A stretch of 64,000 nt of DNA, taken from positions 606-64,605 of the forward strand of contig CAYRGW010000017.1 in assembly GCA_964423815.1 (NCBI GenBank). Direction: 5' to 3'. Of this stretch, positions 17,926-26,046 are shown piece after piece (position 1 is the first letter of the stretch; every line of letters starts with the position of its first letter). The notes under the pieces are model-generated. The model worked only from the letters and a program-made list of their open reading frames with translations. It did no database searches and had not been told where the DNA came from. The position numbers and the translations under genes are program-made. This stretch comes from an uncultured Solibacteraceae bacterium (GTDB taxonomy: Bacteria > Acidobacteriota > Vicinamibacteria > Vicinamibacterales > SCN-69-37).

Positions 17926-18207
17926 TCAGGTCGTAGGCAGGTAGGGCGGCGGGCGTTGGAACAGCGCGTGTCGAACAGGAGAGGCGATAAAGGGCTGGGA
18001 CTCAGGAGTGTGGGAGATGGCACCACGTGCCGAGGTCACGCGCCGGTGATCGGTCGTCGCGGTGACCAGTGCCTGCTGCGAGTCCCCGGCCTGCCAGATG
18101 ATCGAGCAGGTGTTGCGCCCGGCATCGCGTGATGGCCCCACGGTGGCGCCGGCGAGTGCCAGTGCCACGACGAGCAGCGATCCGAGCCGAAGCCGGCGAA
18201 GCCCCAC
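17926..18207 (-). CDS. Possible small secreted protein (93 aa)
   Basis: GTG start with a signal-peptide-like N-terminus (GLRRLRLGSLLVVALALAGA). GC3 is about three quarters by hand count. It lies 55 nt upstream of the SecA-like gene on the same strand. It has no SD and no recognisable family. Confidence 0.3.
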   Translation of the reverse strand: MGLRRLRLGSLLVVALALAGATVGPSRDAGRNTCSIIWQAGDSQQALVTATTDHRRVTSARGAISHTPESQPFIASPVRHALFQRPPPYLPTT

Positions 18208-18241
18208 GGCGGCAGTATGCCACGACGGAGGTCAGGGCAGT

Positions 18242-18275
18242 CCCATGGAACCCCATGGTCCCCATGTTGAAAAAA
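18242..18275 (+). repeat. Repeat module A, copy A2 (CCCATGGAACCCCATGGTCCCCATGTTGAAAAAA)
   Basis: Read directly. It matches A1, A4 and the inverted A3. Confidence 0.8.
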
Positions 18276-18302
18276 CCTCCGTGCCTTAGTGTCTCCCTGT
18301 GA
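18276..18302 (+). repeat. Repeat module B, copy B1 (CCTCCGTGCCTTAGTGTCTCCCTGTGA)
   Basis: Matches 22 of 23 positions against the reverse complement of 45718-45741, and is similar to 45764-45790. Confidence 0.8.
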
Positions 18303-18308
18303 CAACTC

Positions 18309-19058
18309 TCAGAGTCGGGCGATCTCCTCAGCTGTCAACGCGCGCCACTTGCCGATCTGGAGCGTGCCGATGGCAATGTCGCCGATACGCACACGCACAA
18401 GTTTCAGCACGTGCGCGCCGAGGGCTTCGACCATCCGGCGCACCTGGCGATTCCGTCCCTCGGTCAGCGTGATCTCGAAGTGGGTGTATTTCTCGGAATC
18501 CCTGAGCCGGGTGACAGTCGCCGGTCGTGTCGGGCCGTCGTCGAGTGTGATGCCGTGCCTGAGCTGATCAAGGTGAGCGTCGGTCAGCTTGAGTGACGAC
18601 TTCACGAGATAGGTCTTCGGCACGTGAGATGCCGGGTTGGTCACGCGCTCGCTGAGCTGACTGTCGTTGGTCATCAGCAGCAGACCGGACGTGTCGAAGT
18701 CGAGGCGGCCGACCGGTGAGACAAACGTGTCGACGTCGGCGATGAGGTCGTAGACCGTGGGTCGTCCTTCAGGGTCTTTGTATGTCGTGAGGTAACCCGT
18801 CGGTTTGTAGAGCAGCACGTAGACCCGCGTTCGCGGCTTGAGCGGTTGCTCATCAAAGCGGACATCATCCCGTTCCTGATCGATCCAGTGATCGGGATTT
18901 TCGATGACCGTGCCGTTCACCGTGACGCGGCGGGCGTGCACCCATCGGCGGGCTTCGACGCGTGAACCCAGGCCGGCCTTCGACAAGACACGCTCCAGGG
19001 TCTTGAGCGGGCGCTTCTCGCCCTCCTGCTCCGGCCGCTTCACCGTCATCACCGCCAT
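18309..19058 (-). CDS. rRNA pseudouridine synthase, RsuA/RluB family (S4 domain plus PseudoU_synth_2)
   Basis: S4 domain (LERVLSKAGLGSRVEARRWVHARRVTVNG) and catalytic motif VGRLDFDTSGLLLMTND. 249 aa. Confidence 0.9.
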   Translation of the reverse strand: MAVMTVKRPEQEGEKRPLKTLERVLSKAGLGSRVEARRWVHARRVTVNGTVIENPDHWIDQERDDVRFDEQPLKPRTRVYVLLYKPTGYLTTYKDPEGRPTVYDLIADVDTFVSPVGRLDFDTSGLLLMTNDSQLSERVTNPASHVPKTYLVKSSLKLTDAHLDQLRHGITLDDGPTRPATVTRLRDSEKYTHFEITLTEGRNRQVRRMVEALGAHVLKLVRVRIGDIAIGTLQIGKWRALTAEEIARL

Positions 19059-19080
19059 GGATTGTAAGATGGGTACACCT

Positions 19081-19548
19081 ATGGCGGCACTCCGTTCAGA
19101 CTCTCGTGGCGTTATTGTGGCGTGCCCATCGTGCGGGCAGGCGAATCGGTTGCCGTATGACCGGCTCGGTGTGCCGACGCGGTGTGGGAAGTGTCAGACC
19201 GAGCTCGGCAGCCCGAATCTGCCGGTGGATGCCGGGAGCAGTGCGGACTTCGACGCGCTGGTGCGTGGGTCCAGCCTTCCGGTCCTTGTGGACTTCTGGG
19301 CCGCGTGGTGTGGTCCCTGTCGCATGGTGGCGCCAGAAATGGCGACGGTCGCGGCCAGGCATGCGGGTGAGTGGTTGGTGGTCAAAGTGGATACCGAAGC
19401 GGTGCCGGACCTTGCGTCCCGTCTGCAGATCCAGTCCATTCCCACGATGGCGGTGTATCAGGCGGGTCTCGTCGCCGGACGGAAGTCCGGCGCGATGCCG
19501 GCCGATCAGATCGAGGCCTTTGTCCGACAATCGCTGGTCGGCCGCTGA
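19081..19548 (+). CDS. trxC: Thioredoxin 2-type thioredoxin (N-terminal zinc finger plus WCGPC)
   Basis: CPSCGQANRL...CGKCQ zinc finger followed by LVDFWAAWCGPCRMVAPE. The start is uncertain: ATGs at 19057, 19069 and 19081 are all in frame. Confidence 0.85.
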   Translation: MAALRSDSRGVIVACPSCGQANRLPYDRLGVPTRCGKCQTELGSPNLPVDAGSSADFDALVRGSSLPVLVDFWAAWCGPCRMVAPEMATVAARHAGEWLVVKVDTEAVPDLASRLQIQSIPTMAVYQAGLVAGRKSGAMPADQIEAFVRQSLVGR

Positions 19549-19572
19549 CTATTCCCCATCAACGCTGAGTGT

Positions 19573-21369
19573 TTGTTCCCCCTGGGCTCGAACGGCCCGG
19601 TTTATCAGTCCCCCGTGTCGGCATCGACCTTGCGTCAGTCCATCCCTGTGACACACGTGAAGCGGTTCGAGGCTCGGGTCGACCCCCTGACAGGCCAGCG
19701 GTACCTGGCGGTATACGCCCGCGGCGCGGTCCTGCAGGACGACCCGGTCTTGAACAAAGGCACGTGTTTCACAAGTGACGAACGGGAGCAGCTCGACTTG
19801 ATCGGGCTGCTTCCGCCGTCCGTACAGACGTCCACGGACCAGGTCGATCGCGCCTACGGCAACTACCTCAAGGCCGGCGACGACATCCGTCAATACCTGT
19901 TCCTGGCCGACCTCCAGGACCGGAACGAACATCTCTTCTCCCAACTGGTGTTGGCGCATCTGGAAGAGATGGTGCCCATCATCTACACCCCGACCGTGGG
20001 CAAGGCGTGTGAACAGTACAGCCATAACTTCAGGAGAGCGCGCGGGTTATACGTCTCGGCGGCCGACCGCGGGCGCATGGTCGAGTTGTTGCGTCACTCC
20101 ACCATTCCCGACCCTCGTGTGATTGTCCTCACCGACAACGAAGCGATCCTCGGGATTGGCGATCAGGGCGTCGGAGGCATGCCCATTGCGATCGGCAAAC
20201 TGGCGCTGTATTCCGCCGGTGCGGGGATTCACCCCGGGCAATGTTTGCCGATTGATCTCGATGTCGGCACAAACAACGCTGCGTTGCTTGCTGACCCTCT
20301 CTACCTGGGCGACCGGACCAGGCGCCTGCGCGGCGCGCCGTATTTTGAACTCCTGGACGAACTGGTCGATGCGATCGGGCAGGTCTTCCCCAGAGCGCTG
20401 GTGCAATGGGAGGACTTCGCCAATCGCAATGCATTCAGCGTCCTCGAGCGTTATCGCAAACGTCTCCTGTCGTTTAACGACGACATCCAGGGCACCGGCG
20501 CTGTTGTGGTCGCTGGTATTCGGATGGCCCTGCGACGTGTCGGGCGGCCACTGACGGATACACGCGTGGTGTTTTATGGCGCGGGTGCGTCTGGTGCCGG
20601 TTGTGCGTTGGCTCTACGGGCCGCCATGCGCGCGGCCGGTGTTCCTGAAACTGAACTCTCCCGTCGTGTGTTGTGCCTCGACTCCAACGGCCTCATCGTC
20701 AGAGATCGATCTGGCCTCGAGGGCGCCAAGCGCGAGATCGCCACGGACCCGCAGCTGGTGGCCCACTGGCCCACGGCCCTGGATGGCACGCTTCGGCTTG
20801 CCGAGGTCGTGCGACAGTTCGCGCCCCATGTGCTGGTTGGCGCATCCGGCCAGCCAGGGGCGTTCACCGAAAGCATCATCCGGGACATGTTGGCCGGCAC
20901 GTCGCGACCAATTGTGCTTGCGCTGTCGAATCCGACGAGCCGCGTCGAGGTCACACCCGCCGAAGTGATTCACTGGACCAACGGCGGCGGTGTCATGGGG
21001 ACCGGAAGCCCGTTCCCCCCGGTCGACTTCAACGGCACTCGTCGCCGCATTGGCCAGGGCAACAATGTGTTTATCTTCCCAGGCGTGGGCCTCGGGGCGA
21101 CCGCAGTTGAGGCGCGGTGGCTACCCGACGAAGCGTTCACGGCCGCGGCCGATGCGCTCGTGGCCTTCACCAGCGAATCCACAGGGATTGACGACGCCAT
21201 CTATCCGCCGCTGTCGTCCTTGCGCGCGGTGTCACGACGTGTGGCGATTGCGGTGGCGCAGTCACTCATCGCCACCGGTGCCGCATCGCCGCTGTCCGAC
21301 GACGAGATTGAACGGCGCGTGGACATGAGCATGTGGACGCCGGAGTACCTGCCGTACCGGCCAGCCTGA
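19573..21369 (+). CDS. maeA: NAD(P)-dependent malic enzyme (SfcA/MaeA type)
   Basis: Colinear with E. coli SfcA: NKGTCFTSDEREQLDLIGLLPP, IIYTPTVGKACEQYS, VLTDNEAILGIGDQGVGGMPIAIGKLALY, FNDDIQGTGAVV, and LSNPTSRVE. The true start is probably internal (GTG at 19615, 19645 or 19654), because 19573 is TTG. Confidence 0.9.
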   Translation: MFPLGSNGPVYQSPVSASTLRQSIPVTHVKRFEARVDPLTGQRYLAVYARGAVLQDDPVLNKGTCFTSDEREQLDLIGLLPPSVQTSTDQVDRAYGNYLKAGDDIRQYLFLADLQDRNEHLFSQLVLAHLEEMVPIIYTPTVGKACEQYSHNFRRARGLYVSAADRGRMVELLRHSTIPDPRVIVLTDNEAILGIGDQGVGGMPIAIGKLALYSAGAGIHPGQCLPIDLDVGTNNAALLADPLYLGDRTRRLRGAPYFELLDELVDAIGQVFPRALVQWEDFANRNAFSVLERYRKRLLSFNDDIQGTGAVVVAGIRMALRRVGRPLTDTRVVFYGAGASGAGCALALRAAMRAAGVPETELSRRVLCLDSNGLIVRDRSGLEGAKREIATDPQLVAHWPTALDGTLRLAEVVRQFAPHVLVGASGQPGAFTESIIRDMLAGTSRPIVLALSNPTSRVEVTPAEVIHWTNGGGVMGTGSPFPPVDFNGTRRRIGQGNNVFIFPGVGLGATAVEARWLPDEAFTAAADALVAFTSESTGIDDAIYPPLSSLRAVSRRVAIAVAQSLIATGAASPLSDDEIERRVDMSMWTPEYLPYRPA

Positions 21370-21426
21370 CCTCCTCTGTGCAATCGGGTACGTCTCTCTG
21401 ATCGATCCCCACCAAACAATGGTGGC

Positions 21427-22512
21427 GTGACGATCTCCGTACGTGTGCTGGCCATCCTTGCGGTGCTGGCGGCGTTGAAGCTGGGTGCCCCGGTCCTGAT
21501 GCCGCTGGTGCTGTCTGTGCTCCTGTTTTATGCACTGTCGCCGGTGGTGGATTGGATGCAGCGCTGGAGGATTCCACGTCCACTCGCGTCGTTCACGACC
21601 GTCCTGGTGCTGGTCGCCATCATTGGCGGGAGTGTCACGCTGTTGTGGCCGCAGGTGGAGGCGGTGGTCGAGGACATTCCTGCGGGAGCGGAGAAGATGA
21701 GGGCGGCCCTCGTGTCGCGGAAGGGCAGCCCGAAGGACTCCCCATTGGAGAAGGTTGAGGCAGCCGCCAAAGCCATCGATTCGGCGGCAGCCAAAGCGAG
21801 TGAGCCCACCGTGAACGCCCCGGGTGTGATCAGTGTGGAGGTTCGTGAATCCTGGCGGGCGTCCGACATTTTGTGGGACAGCGGGATCGGGTTGATGGCG
21901 ATGTTGGGGCAACTGGTCACGATTTTGTTCCTGACCGTGTTTCTGCTCAACGACAGTGACAGCTTTAAACAGAAACTGGTCAGTCGTATGGCGTCGCGCG
22001 GTGACCGCCGCCTGACGATTGAGATCCTCCATGATATCGCCAGCCAGATTAAGGGCTTCCTCTGGGTGCAAGCCCTGACGAGCGTGGTGGTGGGCGTCGT
22101 GACCACGCTCATCCTCTGGGCGTTTGGCGTGCGTGAGCCCGCCTTCTGGGGTGCGTTTGCCGGTCTTCTGAATGTGGTCCCCTACTTTGGTCCTCTGATT
22201 GTGACCAGCGTCATGGTGGTGGTGGCGTTTGTGCAGTTTGGATCGGTACAGATGTCGCTGTTAATTGCCGCAGCGACCCTCGCGGTGACCACCTTGGAGG
22301 GGTATGTGCTCACGCCGATGCTGATCAGTCGCACGGCTTCCCTCAACCATGTCTCGATCTTTGTGTCGATCGCGTTCTGGAGCTGGGCGTGGGGGATTGC
22401 CGGGATGCTTCTGGCCGTCCCCATCCTCATGGTGGCCAAGGCGGTGTGTGATCACGTCCCTGGTCTGGAGGGAATCTCGGTCTTTCTCAGTGAACGGTCG
22501 GCGACGAGCTGA
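21427..22512 (+). CDS. AI-2E family transporter (PerM/YhhT-like permease)
   Basis: Polytopic membrane protein with LLNVVPYFGPLI and a C-terminal WGIAGMLLAVPI. Confidence 0.85.
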   Translation: MTISVRVLAILAVLAALKLGAPVLMPLVLSVLLFYALSPVVDWMQRWRIPRPLASFTTVLVLVAIIGGSVTLLWPQVEAVVEDIPAGAEKMRAALVSRKGSPKDSPLEKVEAAAKAIDSAAAKASEPTVNAPGVISVEVRESWRASDILWDSGIGLMAMLGQLVTILFLTVFLLNDSDSFKQKLVSRMASRGDRRLTIEILHDIASQIKGFLWVQALTSVVVGVVTTLILWAFGVREPAFWGAFAGLLNVVPYFGPLIVTSVMVVVAFVQFGSVQMSLLIAAATLAVTTLEGYVLTPMLISRTASLNHVSIFVSIAFWSWAWGIAGMLLAVPILMVAKAVCDHVPGLEGISVFLSERSATS

Positions 22513-22553
22513 AACTGACGGGATTAGAGTGGTAACCTCGAAAGCTGCTGGTT

Positions 22554-23198
22554 ATGACAGACGCTCGCCCCTACCGCGCCGGCCAATCCATCGAAGACTT
22601 CTGCCGGGCCTGCAAGACCGATCGCATCCACAATGTGATGGCGACCGATGGCGCCGGCCATCCCATCCGTGTGATGTGCGGGTATTGCCGAAGCGAACAC
22701 AATTATCGCGGCGGTCCCAGAATTGATCCCGACGGTGTGCGCGCGCCGGTGAGTCGGCCCGCGACGTCGGCGCCACCTCGTGCGCCCCGAGACACATTCC
22801 CCCTCGTCAGCGACCGTGAAAGGATCTCGGCCCCCATGTCTGCAGGTTCCACCGACGATCTCGAGTTGCTCCTTCGTCGCATCATCCGGGAAGAAACGGG
22901 CCTCACGCCCACGGTGCCGGCCGACAAATGGCGCGGCGGCACCCTTGTGCTCAAGCCCGGCACACCCGGGCTTCAGGAGAAGTCCTGGCCCATCGAGACG
23001 TTCTTCAGCAAGATCGTCATGCTGCGCAACAGACTCCGCACTCTCGAACAACAAATCAACGCCTCCGACCTGCCTGACGATGTGAAGATGAAGGTACAGG
23101 GGTACATCACCGGGTGTTACGGATCATTGACCAGCTTCAACGTGTTGTTCGCCGACGAGGCCGATCAATTCAAAGGCGCCGGTCGCGACACCGACTGA
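22554..23198 (+). CDS. Hypothetical protein with N-terminal 4-Cys zinc ribbon
   Basis: CRAC...CGYC near the N-terminus, a Pro/Ala-rich linker, and a conserved-looking C-terminal domain. I recognise no family. Confidence 0.6.
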   Translation: MTDARPYRAGQSIEDFCRACKTDRIHNVMATDGAGHPIRVMCGYCRSEHNYRGGPRIDPDGVRAPVSRPATSAPPRAPRDTFPLVSDRERISAPMSAGSTDDLELLLRRIIREETGLTPTVPADKWRGGTLVLKPGTPGLQEKSWPIETFFSKIVMLRNRLRTLEQQINASDLPDDVKMKVQGYITGCYGSLTSFNVLFADEADQFKGAGRDTD

Positions 23199-23205
23199 CC
23201 GACGG

Positions 23206-23910
23206 GTGATGGCGGTGCCCACGTTCTCGACGGCCTCGCGCAACCGCCTGACGCCCCACGATCTCGGTCGGTTTCCGGGCGACACCCTGTTCGACCGCAT
23301 TGCGCGTGTGGTCTGTGGGACCTCCTGCCTGCCCCGCAAGGAGCTCTACGAGGCCTGGGAAGTGGCGCGCCGCACTCGCCGCCATTTTCGCGGCGGGCGT
23401 GTCGTGGATCTGGGCGGCGGCCACGGTCTCGTTGCGCACATCCTCCTCTTGCTCGACGACTCGTCACCCTCGGCACTGGTGATCGACCGCGTTGTTCCAC
23501 CGTCCGCGCCGGTGTTGCACGCGGCGCTGGTGGAGGCCTGGCCACGGCTCGCAGGTCGAGTGACGTTTCTTGAACAGGGAATGGATGCCACAGCACTGGA
23601 TGACACCGATTTGGTGGTGTCCTGCCACGCGTGTGGTGCGCTCACCGATGTGGTGCTGGCGCGTGCCGTCGCCGCGCGGGCCCGCGTGGTTGTCCTGCCG
23701 TGTTGCCACGACGTGGAATCGTGTGACGTTGGACCCCTGACCGGTTGGCTGGACGCGTCCCTCGCGATCGACGTGATGCGAGCCACACGGTTGCAGTCAC
23801 ACCGCTATCACGTACGGACGCAGGCGATTCCCGCCGCGATCACACCCAAAAACAGACTGTTGATGGCGGAGCCCATGTTACCTTCGCTGGATGCGGACCT
23901 GGATCGTTAG
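23206..23910 (+). CDS. SAM-dependent methyltransferase-like protein (Methyltransf_32-like)
   Basis: Motif I VVDLGGGHGLVA, followed by SCHACGALTD...VLPCCH. The start is GTG 23206 or ATG 23209. Confidence 0.6.
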   Translation: MMAVPTFSTASRNRLTPHDLGRFPGDTLFDRIARVVCGTSCLPRKELYEAWEVARRTRRHFRGGRVVDLGGGHGLVAHILLLLDDSSPSALVIDRVVPPSAPVLHAALVEAWPRLAGRVTFLEQGMDATALDDTDLVVSCHACGALTDVVLARAVAARARVVVLPCCHDVESCDVGPLTGWLDASLAIDVMRATRLQSHRYHVRTQAIPAAITPKNRLLMAEPMLPSLDADLDR

Positions 23911-24370
23911 CGTCGCGTTCGTCGTCCTGGGTGTCGGCATTGCGCATGCGCAGGCCCCCTCAGACCCCGGTCGCCTGGAAGGGTCTCTCTCCGTTCACGG
24001 CCTCCGGCGTGAAGACTCCTCAAAGACGTGGCCGGGCGGGGGTCTTGGTCTGGCCGTGCACGGGCGCAGGATCGCCCTCGCCAGTGAGGCCACCGTCACC
24101 CGTCGTGACGGCCACAATGACTGGCACGCGCTAGCCGGGCCACGTGTGGCTCTGGTCACGACCGCCCGCACGCAGGTCTTTCTTCAACTTCTGGCCGGCA
24201 CGGTGATTCGCCAGAAGGAAGCCCGCCTCTCCGGTCAGTTGGGTGGAGGCCTCGACGTCAATCTCAATACACGCACCCGGGTTCGTGTGCAGCTGGCCGG
24301 GCTGCTCGACCAGACCGAGGGAGACTCAGTCACGGGAGGCCGCATCTCGATCGGGATCGTCGTCCGATAG
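23891..24370 (+). CDS. Small outer-membrane beta-barrel-like protein
   Basis: Signal peptide MRTWIVSVAFVVLGVGIAHAQ. The mature part has an alternating amphipathic pattern. It overlaps the upstream gene by 20 nt. Confidence 0.55.
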   Translation: MRTWIVSVAFVVLGVGIAHAQAPSDPGRLEGSLSVHGLRREDSSKTWPGGGLGLAVHGRRIALASEATVTRRDGHNDWHALAGPRVALVTTARTQVFLQLLAGTVIRQKEARLSGQLGGGLDVNLNTRTRVRVQLAGLLDQTEGDSVTGGRISIGIVVR

Positions 24371-24385
24371 ACGCAGGAGGCTGAT

Positions 24386-25768
24386 ATGAGAACAGAACGC
24401 GACTCATTTGGTGACCTTGAGGTCCCTGACACTGCGTTGTACGGCGCAAGTACCCAGCGCGCCGTTCTGAATTTCCCCATCAGCGGCCACCGCCTTCCTG
24501 CACGACTCATCGAAGCGCTCGGCGCCATCAAAGTTGCGGCGGCCGAAGCCAATTTGTCGCTGGGGCTGTTGTCACCGGAAAAAAGCCGCCTGATTCAGCA
24601 GGCCGCCCGAGAAGTGGCTGACGGTCAGCTCACAGACCATTTCCCACTCGACGTGTTCCAGACCGGCTCTGCCACCTCGACCAACATGAACGCGAACGAG
24701 GTCATCGCCAATCGTGCGAGCCAACTCGCGGGCGAGCCGCTGGGATCCAAACGGCCGGTGCACCCCAATGACGATGTGAACCTCGGGCAGTCGTCCAACG
24801 ACGTGATGCCCACAGCGCTGCATGTGAGTGTGGCCGTGGCGCTGCAGCGGGATCTCGTGCCCGCACTGGAGGCGCTGGCCACGGCGCTTGAACAGAAGGT
24901 CGCCGCCTTCGCGACCATCATCAAGATTGGCCGCACACATCTGATGGACGCGACGCCGCTCACGCTTGGTCAGGAGTTCTCCGGCTACGCCGCGCAGGTG
25001 CGCAAGGCCATTGCGCGAGTCCATCACGCGACTGCGGCAATGGGGGAGCTGGCGATTGGTGGCACCGCCGTTGGCACCGGCATCAACGGTCACCCGGACT
25101 TTGCGGGCCTGGTGTGTGCCCGTATCAGTCGAGATACAGGCATCACATTCCGTGAAGCGGCCAATCACTTCGAAGCCCAGGCGGGTCGTGATGACTGCGC
25201 CGAAGTCGCCGGTGTGCTCGCAACCGTGGCCGCGAGTCTGACCAAGATCGCGAACGACATTCGCCTGCTGGGGTCAGGTCCACGCGCGGGAATTGGCGAG
25301 CTTCGGCTTCCGGAAACCCAGCCCGGGTCGTCGATCATGCCGGGCAAGGTCAATCCCGTGATGAGCGAAATGCTCGTGCAGGTGGGACTCTACGTGCAGG
25401 GCCTGACGCAGACGGCGACGTTGTGCGCGCGTGACGGGCATCTGGAACTCAACGTCACCATTCCGCTGCTCGCCCACACGTTGCACGAGTCGATCCGTTG
25501 TCTGGCCTCGGGCGCGCGGGTCTTTGCGGAGCGATGTGTGACCGGGCTGGAAGCGAACGAAGATCGCTGCCGTCAGTTGGTCGAACAATCGCTCATGCTC
25601 GTCACCGCGCTCAACCCGGCAATCGGATACGACGCCGCCGCGTCAGTGGCAAAGGAAGCGTTCGCGACAGGACGAACACTGCGACAAGTCGTCCTCGACC
25701 GTGGCCTGCTGGATGCGGCGACAGTTGATCGGCTCCTCGACCCGTCGTCAATGCTCGGACGTCTTTAA
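24386..25768 (+). CDS. fumC: Class II fumarate hydratase
   Basis: Colinear with E. coli FumC: FQTGSATSTNMNANEVIANRAS, HPNDDVNLGQSSNDV, KIGRTHLMDATPLTLGQE, GSSIMPGKVNP, and LMLVTALNPAIGYD. The TAA stop lies inside repeat module C. Confidence 0.88.
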   Translation: MRTERDSFGDLEVPDTALYGASTQRAVLNFPISGHRLPARLIEALGAIKVAAAEANLSLGLLSPEKSRLIQQAAREVADGQLTDHFPLDVFQTGSATSTNMNANEVIANRASQLAGEPLGSKRPVHPNDDVNLGQSSNDVMPTALHVSVAVALQRDLVPALEALATALEQKVAAFATIIKIGRTHLMDATPLTLGQEFSGYAAQVRKAIARVHHATAAMGELAIGGTAVGTGINGHPDFAGLVCARISRDTGITFREAANHFEAQAGRDDCAEVAGVLATVAASLTKIANDIRLLGSGPRAGIGELRLPETQPGSSIMPGKVNPVMSEMLVQVGLYVQGLTQTATLCARDGHLELNVTIPLLAHTLHESIRCLASGARVFAERCVTGLEANEDRCRQLVEQSLMLVTALNPAIGYDAAASVAKEAFATGRTLRQVVLDRGLLDAATVDRLLDPSSMLGRL

Positions 25769-26046
25769 CAGTAGACATGCAGGCATGTAGTTTTCAACAT
25801 GGGGCGCATGGAGTTCCATGGGGGAGGGCTGGGTGCCGCCTGTGGCGGCACGGGTGATCGACGAGAGGTCACAGACGAGAGACATCACACCATCACAGAA
25901 GGTCTCTCGTCTGTGACCTCTCGCCGATCACCTTCGCCCGGCGGAACGCCGGGCTCCCAGCCCTGCGTCTCTCCATGTCTTCATGTCTCGTTGTGATGTC
26001 TTCTCCATGGATCCCCATGGCACCCCATGTTGAAAAAGACAGCCAG
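25769..26046. repeat. Composite nested-palindrome element filling the whole fumC/MFS convergent spacer (modules C, inverted A, core palindrome, C-like, A)
   Basis: Module C is at 25766-25790 and inverted A is at 25791-25821. The outer arms are GAGGGCTGGG and CCCAGCCCTG. Local hairpins are GTGCCGCCtgtGGCGGCAC and GCCCGGCGgaaCGCCGGGC. The core stem is at 25853-25883 and 25902-25932. Module A is at 26005-26037. Confidence 0.85.
25853..25932. repeat. Core hairpin of the composite element: 22-bp perfect stem, 31 bp with one mismatch, 18-nt loop
   Basis: CGAGAGGTCACAGACGAGAGAC (25862-25883) is the exact reverse complement of 25902-25923. The positions were anchored on the tracked ORF at 25799. Confidence 0.9.

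Noticed and set aside
19056-19059. The CCATGG palindrome in which the rluB-family ATG (minus strand) and an in-frame trxC ATG (plus strand, 19057) overlap back-to-back.
   Set aside because: By comparison with E. coli TrxC, the trxC start is more likely 19069 or 19081, because the first zinc-finger Cys lies close to the N-terminus. The overlap is probably coincidental, so only start-site ambiguity is noted.
25799-25996. A 65-aa ORF (MGRMEFHGGG...) inside the fumC/MFS spacer. Similar short ORFs read through the repeat modules (MGTMGFHG..., ...HGDHGVPWD...).
   Set aside because: The sequence is a nested palindrome made of dispersed repeat modules. The reading frames are by-products of the CATG-rich repeats, and they have no SD and no coding-type codon bias.
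25766-26046. The repeated modules A, B and C considered as a CRISPR array or tandem repeat locus.
   Set aside because: The copies are scattered over five loci, occur in both orientations, and are not separated by regular unique spacers. No cas genes are present. They behave like REP/BIME/MITE-type elements instead.
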